Origin: an uncultured Nitrospiraceae bacterium
Lineage (GTDB): Bacteria > Nitrospirota > UBA9217
NCBI GenBank assembly: GCA_964412455.1
Contig: CAYPOT010000011.1
Span: forward strand, 3,822-67,821
Reading direction: 5' to 3'
Length of the DNA: 64,000 nt
Positions within the stretch are counted from its first letter, which is position 1; the number at the start of each line of letters is the position of its first letter. The translations under genes and the position numbers were made by a program. Shown piece by piece: positions 36,992 through 45,383 of this stretch. A model generated the notes under the pieces. It searched no databases and was not told the origin of the DNA. It saw only the letters and a list, made by a program, of their open reading frames with translations.

Positions 36992-37007
36992 TGGCATAGT
37001 ACTTGTA
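36992..37007 (+). promoter_or_regulatory. Sigma-54-type promoter (TGGCATAGTACTTGTA)
   Basis: GG and TG(T) elements have the canonical 12-nt register, but the -12 reads TTGT rather than TTGC. It lies about 33 nt upstream of ATG 37041. Confidence 0.5.
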
Positions 37008-37040
37008 ATACAGTTAGGTATACCAGAAAGGGAGGGTCAT

Positions 37041-37199
37041 ATGCAGAAGCTCATGAAAGCATTTGAAAACATGATGGTTGCGATCACCTTCGCTGAAGCC
37101 GGAGAGTATGACGAAGCACGCAGGCTATCGACCCAGGATCAAGAAGATGAGGCATCCGGCGAAACCGCCTCTCTGGGCATAAAGGCTGTAAAGGCTTAA
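37041..37199 (+). CDS. 52-aa micro-protein with FAEAGE core (paralogue of 54153-54293)
   Basis: ATG after GGGAGGG. MQKLMKAFENMMVAITFAEAGEYDEARRL... aligns without gaps to the other copy over 29 residues. Confidence 0.6.
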   Translation: MQKLMKAFENMMVAITFAEAGEYDEARRLSTQDQEDEASGETASLGIKAVKA

Positions 37200-37296
37200 T
37201 TCGCCTGGAGCAATTAACGGGACTTCCCTATGGAAATAGCGGCCCCGATTTTTTTGTCTATTAATAATCATTATAACGTTATAAAGAAATGAAATC

Positions 37297-38037
37297 ATGT
37301 TAAATAATAAAGCGGTAAACAGGGAAAGCCAGCAAAAGCTCTATGTGCAGATGTATTCGATCATCAAGGACAAGATCGAACAAAGGGAGTGGCCTGCCGG
37401 TTCGCAGATCCCCACCGAAGACGATCTCTGCACGACCTACAATGTGAGCAAGGCCACGGTAAGAATGGCCATCGCGGAACTGGTGAGGAGCGGTTTTCTG
37501 AGAAAACAGCAGGGCAAGGGGACGTTCGTCAGTCACGGCCAGCCCGATCTTGGCATTACGATGAAAACGAAGTTGACGGAAGACATGTTTGGAGAGGGGG
37601 TGGTCGCGAGCAAAGAGGTCCTGGTCAAGGGAGTGAAAGCGCCGCCCGAGGATGTGCGGAACCATTTGCAGCCGGAAGGCGACATCTTTTATCTCCTGTG
37701 CAAGCGCGTGGTGCAGGGCGAACCGGCCTACCTTGAGGAGTCATTCATCCCGCTCGAGGTCGTGCCTGATATTGAAGAGGCCGATCTCTGCCAGACGCCT
37801 TTCTATGAGATGATGCAGCAGAGAGCAAAAAAAAAGATCCAGAAGGTCGTCCAGACGATCGAGATCGCCGAGATGACCGGCGATGCCGCCGCGATCCTCA
37901 AGAGCGAAAAAGGGGCGCCCATGCTGCTGCTGCACCGGCTCCTGGTCGGTACAGACGGCAAGCCCCTGGCCTATACGCGGCTCATGGGGGACGGGAAAAA
38001 GTACAAATTGCAGACCGAATTGATCCAGATCGTATAA
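37297..38037 (+). CDS. GntR-family regulator (HutC-type, UTRA effector domain)
   Basis: 246 aa. IPTEDDLCTTYNVSKATVRMAIAELVRSGFLRKQQGKGTFV winged HTH. Confidence 0.8.
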   Translation: MLNNKAVNRESQQKLYVQMYSIIKDKIEQREWPAGSQIPTEDDLCTTYNVSKATVRMAIAELVRSGFLRKQQGKGTFVSHGQPDLGITMKTKLTEDMFGEGVVASKEVLVKGVKAPPEDVRNHLQPEGDIFYLLCKRVVQGEPAYLEESFIPLEVVPDIEEADLCQTPFYEMMQQRAKKKIQKVVQTIEIAEMTGDAAAILKSEKGAPMLLLHRLLVGTDGKPLAYTRLMGDGKKYKLQTELIQIV

Positions 38038-38070
38038 AGAACTACACTTCATCGGAGGGAGGTTTTAAGT

Positions 38071-39318
38071 ATGGGTATCTTTCGCAGCACCTATGAGTTT
38101 ATGAAACAGGCGTCCATCGCGCACGCCAAGTGGGACTATGAGGTCTCCATGAGCATCATCCACAACCGCAAGAAGATGTGGATGCTGCTGCTGCTGCTGC
38201 TGCCGATCGTGATTGTCTCGTGGGCAGACGCAGGCAATATGCTGGGCGGGAAAACGGCCTACGCTCCGGCATTCTATTCGACCGGTATCTTCATGGTCTC
38301 CATCGCCATCGGGTTGGCCGCGGGTCTTATTACCGGCTGCATCGGCGCCGGCGGCGGATTCATCATCACGCCCGCCCTGATGGCCGCGGGCGTGAAAGGC
38401 ATCCTCGCCGTGGGCACCGACGTGTTCCACATCTTTGCCAAGGCGATCATGGGCACCACGGTCCACAAGAAGCTCGGCAACGTATCAGTGAAGCTTGCCA
38501 TGGCGTTCCTCGTGGGTTCGGGCGCCGGGACGTTCATCGGAGGCTATATTAACAGGTTGCTCTATGACAAAGACCCGCTCCTGTCCGAGGCCTTCATCAG
38601 CCTGGTCTATGCCGTCCTGCTCGGTTTTCTCGGTGTGTACGCCGCAATGGATTTCTGGAAGTCCACGAGGGGCCCGGGGGGCGGAGACGCTCACGGCGGC
38701 CCGGCCGGCACCACCGACTTCGCGATCAAGCTCCAGAAGATCAACATTCCGCCGATGATCACCTTTGATGAAGATTATGTCGAAGGCGGCAAGAAGATCT
38801 CCGGCGTGTTCGTTGCAATGGGCGGCGTGATCGTCGGCATCCTGGCGGCCATCATGGGCGTGGGCGGCGGCTTCATCACCTTCCCCATGTTCGTGTACAC
38901 CTTTGGCGTGTCCACCGCCACAACGGTGGGAACCGACATTCTCCAGATCATCTTTACGGCGGGCCTCGCCTCGATCGCCCAGTATGCCATCTACGGGTAT
39001 GTGTTCTACACGCTGGCCATGGGCATGCTGATCGGTTCGCTCATCGGCATCCAGGTCGGCGCGCTCACGACCAAAGTAGTGAAGGGCATTCAGATCCGCG
39101 GGTTCTACGCCTTGTCCATCCTCGCGGGCTTCGTCAACAGGGCCAGCACACTCCCCAAGAAGATGGTAGAGCTCGAGTACATCAGCCTGTCCAGTACCAC
39201 GGTAAACGCCATCGAATCCGTGGGAAACATTGTATTCTGGATCGTGGTCGCCGCCTTCGGCATCTGGATCTTCAGCAAGTTCTTCGCGAACATAAAAACA
39301 CTCAGGCAGGAGGCATAG
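38071..39318 (+). CDS. TauE/SafE-family (DUF81) anion exporter, long form
   Basis: 415 aa, multi-TM. Duplicated G(x)GGG(x)I(x)P motifs: GCIGAGGGFIITPAL and IMGVGGGFITFPMF. Confidence 0.75.
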   Translation: MGIFRSTYEFMKQASIAHAKWDYEVSMSIIHNRKKMWMLLLLLLPIVIVSWADAGNMLGGKTAYAPAFYSTGIFMVSIAIGLAAGLITGCIGAGGGFIITPALMAAGVKGILAVGTDVFHIFAKAIMGTTVHKKLGNVSVKLAMAFLVGSGAGTFIGGYINRLLYDKDPLLSEAFISLVYAVLLGFLGVYAAMDFWKSTRGPGGGDAHGGPAGTTDFAIKLQKINIPPMITFDEDYVEGGKKISGVFVAMGGVIVGILAAIMGVGGGFITFPMFVYTFGVSTATTVGTDILQIIFTAGLASIAQYAIYGYVFYTLAMGMLIGSLIGIQVGALTTKVVKGIQIRGFYALSILAGFVNRASTLPKKMVELEYISLSSTTVNAIESVGNIVFWIVVAAFGIWIFSKFFANIKTLRQEA

Positions 39319-39320
39319 CC

Positions 39321-40034
39321 ATGATCGTAAAAAATAACAAGACATTTTTCACCGGTGCATTCCTTGCGGTGACGTTCGCCGGCGTGCTCGCGCTGATCTT
39401 CTCGCCCATCTTCGGTGAGGGAAAGAACGGGCTCGTGTACGCAGACGATATGTTCAACAAGCTTTCGAAAGGGTCGTCCTACTTTATTCCCAAAGTTACA
39501 AAAAGCAATGAGCCGTTTGCGAATACCGCCATTGAAGTGAGCGTGAAGCTTGAGAAGCCGGAGCAGAGCGACGGCACGGTCAAGCTTCTTGCCACCACGG
39601 GAATGGCCGCGAAAAAAGCGAATTCCGAGCTCCAGATCAACGGCAATCTCGGCGCGCTGATGTCGAAGATCCTGCAGGACTCCGACGATATGTTCAAGAA
39701 CGAGGGCGAAACGGTAGCCAAGCGCTACGGCGTCGAGGAAAAGAAGGTCATGGAGTCATGGCATGCTCTGCTCAAGTCCATGGACAAGGCGCTCAAGAAG
39801 CAGGGCAAGATCTCTGAAGCGAAGATCGTCTCTGATGTGATGAAAAAGGCCGTGGAGCCGGCATACAACTACTATGGCGTGATACCGCGGCAGGTATCGG
39901 AAAAGGCCGGCATCATGACCGCGCTGCTCGTGTTCTACGTCATCTATACCATGTGGTGGGGCTTTGCCATCTTCTACATGTTCGATGGGATCGGTCTGAC
40001 AATGAAAAAAGCCAAAGTGAAGAAGGAGGTCTAA
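39321..40034 (+). CDS. Hypothetical bitopic membrane protein
   Basis: 237 aa with N- and C-terminal TM segments. Starts 2 nt after the TauE stop. Confidence 0.55.
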   Translation: MIVKNNKTFFTGAFLAVTFAGVLALIFSPIFGEGKNGLVYADDMFNKLSKGSSYFIPKVTKSNEPFANTAIEVSVKLEKPEQSDGTVKLLATTGMAAKKANSELQINGNLGALMSKILQDSDDMFKNEGETVAKRYGVEEKKVMESWHALLKSMDKALKKQGKISEAKIVSDVMKKAVEPAYNYYGVIPRQVSEKAGIMTALLVFYVIYTMWWGFAIFYMFDGIGLTMKKAKVKKEV

Positions 40035-40041
40035 GAGAACC

Positions 40042-40485
40042 ATGAACGTACTCGTGCCGATCGACGGCTCCAAGCACTCCACGGAAGGCCTCCGCGTCGC
40101 TTCCCATTTTGCCAAGACCAACAAGGCCAAGATCTATATCCTCAACGTCATCGCCTCGGTGGCCGATGTGGACCTCGAGCTCTCAGCGTCGGAGCGTGAC
40201 AGGCTTCACGAGAGCCTGAAGCGCCGCGGCGAGGACCTGCTGGCAAAGGCCACTGACCAGATGAAGGCGCACGGCGTGACCGACATCAGCTCGGTCCTGG
40301 TTACCGGCGACTCGCCGGCGAATGAGATCGTGGCCTTCGCGGAAAAGGAAAAGATCGATCTGATCGTGATCGGCAGCAAGGGCAAGAGCGCGACCGCCCG
40401 CTTCCTGCTCGGCAGCGTCGCATCGAAGGTCGTGAAATACAGCCACTGCTGCGTGTATGTGGTAAAAGAACCCTGTTGGATATAA
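40042..40485 (+). CDS. Universal stress protein
   Basis: 147 aa. VLVPIDGS...IVIGSKGKSATARFLLGSVASKVV. Confidence 0.85.
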   Translation: MNVLVPIDGSKHSTEGLRVASHFAKTNKAKIYILNVIASVADVDLELSASERDRLHESLKRRGEDLLAKATDQMKAHGVTDISSVLVTGDSPANEIVAFAEKEKIDLIVIGSKGKSATARFLLGSVASKVVKYSHCCVYVVKEPCWI

Positions 40486-40512
40486 AACTGGCCCTATTGA
40501 AGCGCCGTGCAA

Positions 40513-40541
40513 GGCGGACACGAGAGTGTCCGCCTTTTTTG
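40513..40541 (+). terminator. Rho-independent terminator
   Basis: GGCGGACAC-GAGA-GTGTCCGCC followed by TTTTTTG. Confidence 0.8.
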
Positions 40542-40850
40542 TCTTTACAAAGCGTGCATTGTCATTATAATAATGTCGGAAGCAGCCGGTTTGCCTCGAA
40601 GTTTCTCCACACGATTGTCAGAAATGGTAAAATTAATCCTCAATCTGGTGGATAATTGAAAATACTCGTTCAGACATCACTCGCCGCGGAACGGTTGGAC
40701 CGCTTTTTTGCTGCGAAGTATTGCCCTTTTTCCATCAAAACCGTTCAGATCTTTATCGGCATCATCACGATCGCGATATTAGCAGCCGTCCACCCGCTCG
40801 GCCGGCAGCTTGAAATGTTTGGTGTCTCCCACTGATATCCGACTTCAGTC

Positions 40851-40866
40851 TGGCCAGGGGAGTGCT
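40851..40866 (+). promoter_or_regulatory. Possible sigma-54 promoter upstream of the Mrp cluster (TGGCCAGGGGAGTGCT)
   Basis: GG and GC sit in the correct 12-nt register. It lies about 130 nt upstream of the mrpE ATG. Weaker match than the others. Confidence 0.3.
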
Positions 40867-40994
40867 ACGCGATCGTACAGGGAAAGAAGCAGGACCTTAC
40901 CTTATAACGATACGGAGGCTGTTATGAAAACAGGAGACGTAATGATACGATTGCAGCCGAGACAACGTTCAAAGGGCGCGGGTACAGGTGAACT

Positions 40995-41471
40995 ATGAGA
41001 TACTTCATTCCCTTTGCCGCACTTTTTACGGTATGGATGGTCTGGTCAGGCATGTTCGACGCCTATCATCTTTCGCTGGGGGCCATTTCGTGCGCAATCG
41101 TGGTCTTCATGACCCAAGACTTACTATTCAGCCGCAAACGTAATCCTCATGCGTTTCAAGAGACCATAAGGTTCCTCAAATACATTCCCTGGCTCCTATA
41201 CCAGATCGTCCTTTCCAACCTGCATGTGGCGCATCTGGCCCTGAGCCCCAAAATGCCCATTGATCCTCAGCTGGTAAAGTTCAAAAGCAAACTGAAAAAG
41301 GACGTCTCGCACGTGGTATTCGGCAACTCCATCACCCTGACCCCCGGCACGATCACGGCGGACATCAGGGACGGAGAATACTATGTCCATGCCTTGAGCA
41401 AAAAGACCGCCGAGGACCTGCTGAGCGGCGATATGGAAAAAAAGATCGCCCATATCTTTAGGGAGGAGTAA
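40995..41471 (+). CDS. mrpE: Mrp/Mnh antiporter subunit E
   Basis: 158 aa. LLYQIVLSNLHVA...NSITLTPGTITADI is the MnhE signature. Confidence 0.8.
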   Translation: MRYFIPFAALFTVWMVWSGMFDAYHLSLGAISCAIVVFMTQDLLFSRKRNPHAFQETIRFLKYIPWLLYQIVLSNLHVAHLALSPKMPIDPQLVKFKSKLKKDVSHVVFGNSITLTPGTITADIRDGEYYVHALSKKTAEDLLSGDMEKKIAHIFREE

Positions 41472-41780
41472 ATGGAAGACTTCATTCTCGGCATCAGCAT
41501 CGTTATGGCCCTTCTGGCCATGATCGTCCTGTACCGCGTGGTGTACGGACCGACCGTGCTGGACAGGATAGTGGCTGTAGGGGTCATCGGCACAAAGACG
41601 ACCATACTCCTCTGCCTCATGGGGCTTATTTACAAGAGGATCGATATGTTCGTGGATATCGCCCTGGCCTACGCCCTTTTGAACTTTATCGCCACCCTTG
41701 CCGCGGCGAAGTTCTTCCGGGTGAGAAAGAGCATCATGCCGGGCGAAAAATTCTTCAAAGACAGGGAGATGAACATATGA
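41472..41780 (+). CDS. mrpF: Mrp/Mnh antiporter subunit F
   Basis: 102 aa, 3 TM. YRVVYGPTVLDRIVA motif. Confidence 0.75.
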   Translation: MEDFILGISIVMALLAMIVLYRVVYGPTVLDRIVAVGVIGTKTTILLCLMGLIYKRIDMFVDIALAYALLNFIATLAAAKFFRVRKSIMPGEKFFKDREMNI

Positions 41781-42133
41781 CGAACATACTATCGATCCTA
41801 TCGGCAGTCCTGATGATCACGGGCGCTTTTTTCTTCTTCACGGCAAGTATCGGCCTGCTGCGTTTTCCGGATTTTTTCACCAGGATGCACGCGGCGGGCA
41901 AGGGCGACACCCTCGGCGCTTTCCTCATGCTTTCGGGCATGGCGCTTTACAATCTGAACGCGGGGTTCACGCTGTTCGCCTTTCTGGTCAGCGTAAAGGT
42001 CATGCTTATCGCGGTCTTTATCTTTATCGCGAATCCCACGGCCTGCCATGCGATCACCAAGGCTGCGCTTGACGCGGGCGTGACGCCCTGGACGAAGGAC
42101 AAAACAGTAGACAGGAGTAAGGTAACTGCTTAG
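41777..42133 (+). CDS. mrpG: Mrp/Mnh antiporter subunit G
   Basis: 118 aa. GLLRFPDFFTRMHAAGKGDTLG motif. Confidence 0.8.
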   Translation: MTNILSILSAVLMITGAFFFFTASIGLLRFPDFFTRMHAAGKGDTLGAFLMLSGMALYNLNAGFTLFAFLVSVKVMLIAVFIFIANPTACHAITKAALDAGVTPWTKDKTVDRSKVTA

Positions 42134-42177
42134 CCGCTTCTGGGGATGCAAAGCGGAAACACCAGAGAAAAAAGATT

Positions 42178-42256
42178 AATCCGCAGATGGCCGCAGATTT
42201 TAAAACCGGTCAATCAGGTTTGGTTTAATCTGTGAAATCTGCGCAATCTGTGGATA
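42178..42256. repeat. Family-A-like palindromic repeat inside the Mrp cluster
   Basis: CCGCAGATGGCCGCAGATTT...AATCTGTGAAATCTGCGCAATCTGTGG, between mrpG and the next gene. Confidence 0.75.
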
Positions 42257-42299
42257 AAAAAGTCCTGAGTAGTTACGGAGCAAGAAAGGGGGAAAACGG

Positions 42300-42545
42300 A
42301 TGATCTGGCAACTCGATTTCATTATTCTCATCATGGTCGTTATCTGCGCAGTGGCGGCCATTAACGTGAAGGACCTGCTGAGCTCGGCCATCATTCTCGG
42401 GGCCTACAGCTTTCTCATGTGCCTGCTCTGGACGGGAATGGGGGCGGTTGACGTGGCCTTTACCGAGGCTGCGGTCGGCGCCGGCATCAGCACCGCCTTC
42501 TTTATCGCCGCCATATACCAGACGACCAGGAGAACAAACGATTAG
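42300..42545 (+). CDS. MbhD-like (DUF4040) small membrane subunit
   Basis: 81 aa, 3 TM. Its position and size match the first piece of a split MrpB/MbhD. Confidence 0.6.
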   Translation: MIWQLDFIILIMVVICAVAAINVKDLLSSAIILGAYSFLMCLLWTGMGAVDVAFTEAAVGAGISTAFFIAAIYQTTRRTND

Positions 42546-42549
42546 ATTT

Positions 42550-42613
42550 CCCCTCACCCCCCGATAGAGCCATTCGGGGGCAGGCCTGACCCTCTCCCGC
42601 AAGGGGCGAGGGA
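42550..42613. repeat. Gly/Pro-codon-like palindromic repeat (CCCTCACC...CCTCTCCCGCAAGGGGCGAGGG)
   Basis: Intergenic insertion between two Mrp genes. A related hairpin lies at 61675-61722. Confidence 0.6.
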
Positions 42614-42634
42614 ATAAATAAGGAGGACCAACGA

Positions 42635-42910
42635 TTGAAGATCTTCGCGCTGATCGCGGTCATCATCACCGGCGGGCTGCTTGTGTTCAGCACCCATGAA
42701 ATGCCCGACTGGGGCTCTCTTACATCTCCGGCCAGTACCCATGTATCGCCGCGGTATCTGGAAAAAACCATTCAGGAAACGGCGACGCCCAATGCGGTCA
42801 CGTCCGTGCTTGCGGACTACCGGGGTTATGACACCCTCGGAGAGACCACGGTCATCTTTACCGCGGGGATCGCGTGCATACTATTGCTGAGGAGGGTGAG
42901 GAAAACATGA
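42635..42910 (+). CDS. MbhE-like small membrane subunit
   Basis: 91 aa, TTG start 8 nt after AAGGAGG. NAVTSVLADYRGYDTLGETTVIFTAG is the MnhB-type motif. Confidence 0.65.
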   Translation: MKIFALIAVIITGGLLVFSTHEMPDWGSLTSPASTHVSPRYLEKTIQETATPNAVTSVLADYRGYDTLGETTVIFTAGIACILLLRRVRKT

Positions 42911-43365
42911 TCAAACAATTCGACAGCGTGATAATCCAGAGCGTAAGCAGGTACCTGACGCCGTTGATCCTTCTCTTCGCCATGTACGTGATCGCCCACG
43001 GCCACTACAGCCCCGGCGGGGGGTTCCAGGGCGGCTGCATCCTCGGGGCGAGCTTCATCCTGATCCTGATCGCGAATGATATGGATGCGGTCAAAAAAAG
43101 AATGACGGAAAAAATGAACACGATACTCACGGGCGTGGGTGTGCTGATATACGCCGGGATCGGGTTTGTCTGCCTGCTGCTCGGGGCAAACTATCTTGAC
43201 TACGGCATCCTTGCGGAGATCCTGCCGGTGGGGACCGCCAAGGCAAGGGCACTCGGGACCCTGGGTATAGAGATCGGCGTGGGGATCACGGTCATGGCGG
43301 TCATGGTCTCCATATTCCTCAATCTTGCCTCCGGAGGCGGGCACGGGGAAGGGACGGTGGAATAA
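42907..43365 (+). CDS. mrpB: Mrp/Mnh antiporter subunit B
   Basis: ATG 42907 overlaps the previous stop. HGHYSPGGGFQGG motif. Confidence 0.8.
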   Translation: MIKQFDSVIIQSVSRYLTPLILLFAMYVIAHGHYSPGGGFQGGCILGASFILILIANDMDAVKKRMTEKMNTILTGVGVLIYAGIGFVCLLLGANYLDYGILAEILPVGTAKARALGTLGIEIGVGITVMAVMVSIFLNLASGGGHGEGTVE

Positions 43366-43366
43366 C

Positions 43367-43717
43367 ATGGAATTCGTGATCGGAAAATATAATTACTGGA
43401 TCTATATCGTCCTCATGATGATCGGCTTCTATGCCATGATAGCCAAGAAAAACCTCATGAAAAAGCTCGTGGGGATGAACATCTTCCAGACCGCGATCAT
43501 ACTTTTTTTCGTATCCATGGGCTCAAAAAAAGGCGCGACTATTCCTATTCTGCAGGCCGGACAGGTTGTTGACGCGTCCGGCTACATGAACCCGCTGCCG
43601 CATGTGCTCATGCTTACGGCCATCGTGGTCATGGTGAGCACCTTCGGCGTGGCGCTCGCCCTTGCCATACTGATCTACAAACGGTACAAGACCCTGGAAG
43701 AGGATGAAATGCAATGA
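43367..43717 (+). CDS. mrpC: Mrp/Mnh antiporter subunit C (NuoK-like)
   Basis: 116 aa, 3 TM. KKNLMKKLVGMNIFQTAIILFF. Confidence 0.8.
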   Translation: MEFVIGKYNYWIYIVLMMIGFYAMIAKKNLMKKLVGMNIFQTAIILFFVSMGSKKGATIPILQAGQVVDASGYMNPLPHVLMLTAIVVMVSTFGVALALAILIYKRYKTLEEDEMQ

Positions 43718-45201
43718 TAACAAACGCTCCGATCCTCATCATCGTAGTGCCGCTCCTGGCATCTCTGATCAACATCATACTGGGACTGCGCTGGCGAGCG
43801 CTCAGCTTCCCCCTGATGCTGGCGGCCCTTTCCGTGAGCGCGGCATCGAGTTTCATCGCGCTCGACACCGTGATCGGGTCCGGGACCATTCACTACCGTC
43901 TCGGCGGCTGGGCGCCGCCCTGGGGCATTGAGTATGTGATAGACCATTTGAACGGTTTTGTGGCCGTGATCGTATCGTTCGTCAGCCTCGTCATCGCCGT
44001 TTATTCAAGGAAGAGCATTGAGCAGGAGTTCCCCGGCAAGACCGTGTACTTCAACTCCATCTTTTTGCTGTTCGTTACCGGCCTGCTCGGCATTGTCGTG
44101 ACGGGCGACATCTTCAATATCTACGTATTCCTCGAAATAACCTCTCTGGCGGGCTACGCTCTCGTGGCCATCGGGCCGGACAAGCGGGCCCCGCTCGCCG
44201 CCTTCAACTATGTGGTCATGGGCACGATCGGGGCTTGTTTTTATCTCCTCGGCGTCGGCTATCTGTATATCATGACGGGCACCCTTAACATCGCGGACAT
44301 GTCGAGGCTTCTGCCCGGCCTGTACCATTCCCCGGTGATACAGGTCGCCTTCGCCTTCTTTATGGTGGGAATAGCGGTCAAGATCGCCCTCTTCCCTCTG
44401 CACCGATGGCTTCCGGACGCTTATACCCTCGCCCCTTCATCGGTGAGCGCCTTAGTCGCATCAACCATGACAAAAGTGGGCGCCTATGTGATGATGCGGA
44501 TCATGTTCACGGTGTTCCAACCGTCTTTTTCCATCGAGGTCCTGCCGGTGATGTCCATACTGGGCTGGGTGGCCGCGGCGGCGGTGATCTTCGGCTGCGG
44601 GTACGCGATCGCCCAGACGGAGCTCAAGAGGATGCTATCGTATATCCTGATCGCTGAAGTGGGCTACATCGTCATGGGCGTGAGCTTCGCGAACAGGACC
44701 GGCCTTACCGGCTCGATACTGCATATTCTTAACGATTCGTTCATGATGGCCTGCCTGTTCCTTGCCGTCGGCGCGATAGCGTATAAGACAAAAAACACGA
44801 ACATTGATTCACTGTCGCAGCTCCACAAAACCATGCCCATTACCATGGCCGCCCTTGTCGTGGGAGGCGTCTCGGTCGTGGGCATTCCGCCGACAGCCGG
44901 TTTTTTCAGCAAATGGTATCTGGTGCTTGGGGCGATCGAGGCCGGGAAATGGGTGTTTGCGGCGGTGCTGTTGATCAGCAGCCTGATGTCGGCCATCGTC
45001 TTCTTCAGGATCATCGAGCGCGTTTACTTCACCGCTGCAGGCCCCGGTCATGGCCGTGGCGCGAAGGCTGGAATGGATGAGGCGCCGCTCAGCATGCTCA
45101 TCCCGGTCCTTATCATGGCCTCGGGGATATTGACCCTCGGGTTCTTCAGCGGCAGGATCATCAAAACCGTGATACAGTTCGCCGTGCCGGCCGGGTTATA
45201 A
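43714..45201 (+). CDS. mrpD: Mrp subunit D (NuoM/N-like antiporter subunit), copy 1
   Basis: 495 aa, about 14 TM. FPLHRWLPDAY and the proton-pump fold pattern. Confidence 0.85.
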   Translation: MITNAPILIIVVPLLASLINIILGLRWRALSFPLMLAALSVSAASSFIALDTVIGSGTIHYRLGGWAPPWGIEYVIDHLNGFVAVIVSFVSLVIAVYSRKSIEQEFPGKTVYFNSIFLLFVTGLLGIVVTGDIFNIYVFLEITSLAGYALVAIGPDKRAPLAAFNYVVMGTIGACFYLLGVGYLYIMTGTLNIADMSRLLPGLYHSPVIQVAFAFFMVGIAVKIALFPLHRWLPDAYTLAPSSVSALVASTMTKVGAYVMMRIMFTVFQPSFSIEVLPVMSILGWVAAAAVIFGCGYAIAQTELKRMLSYILIAEVGYIVMGVSFANRTGLTGSILHILNDSFMMACLFLAVGAIAYKTKNTNIDSLSQLHKTMPITMAALVVGGVSVVGIPPTAGFFSKWYLVLGAIEAGKWVFAAVLLISSLMSAIVFFRIIERVYFTAAGPGHGRGAKAGMDEAPLSMLIPVLIMASGILTLGFFSGRIIKTVIQFAVPAGL

Positions 45202-45210
45202 AGAATATTA

Positions 45211-45353
45211 GCCACGAAGGACTTCGACGAGCTCAGTCGAGTCGCTCTAAGACACAAAGAAGACCTTAAAAATAAACGAGCTAGTCAAGCCACGGTTGCC
45301 ATAGGCCACATTGAGACACTCAAGCTTTTTTCGCGCCTTCGTGTCTTTGTGGC
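45211..45353. repeat. Family-H-like palindromic repeat between the two mrpD genes
   Basis: GCCACGAAGG...GACACAAAGAAG...CGCGCCTTCGTGTCTTTGTGGC. Confidence 0.7.
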
Positions 45354-45383
45354 AAATTTGGTTTCTCTCTGGCAGGAGGAAGG

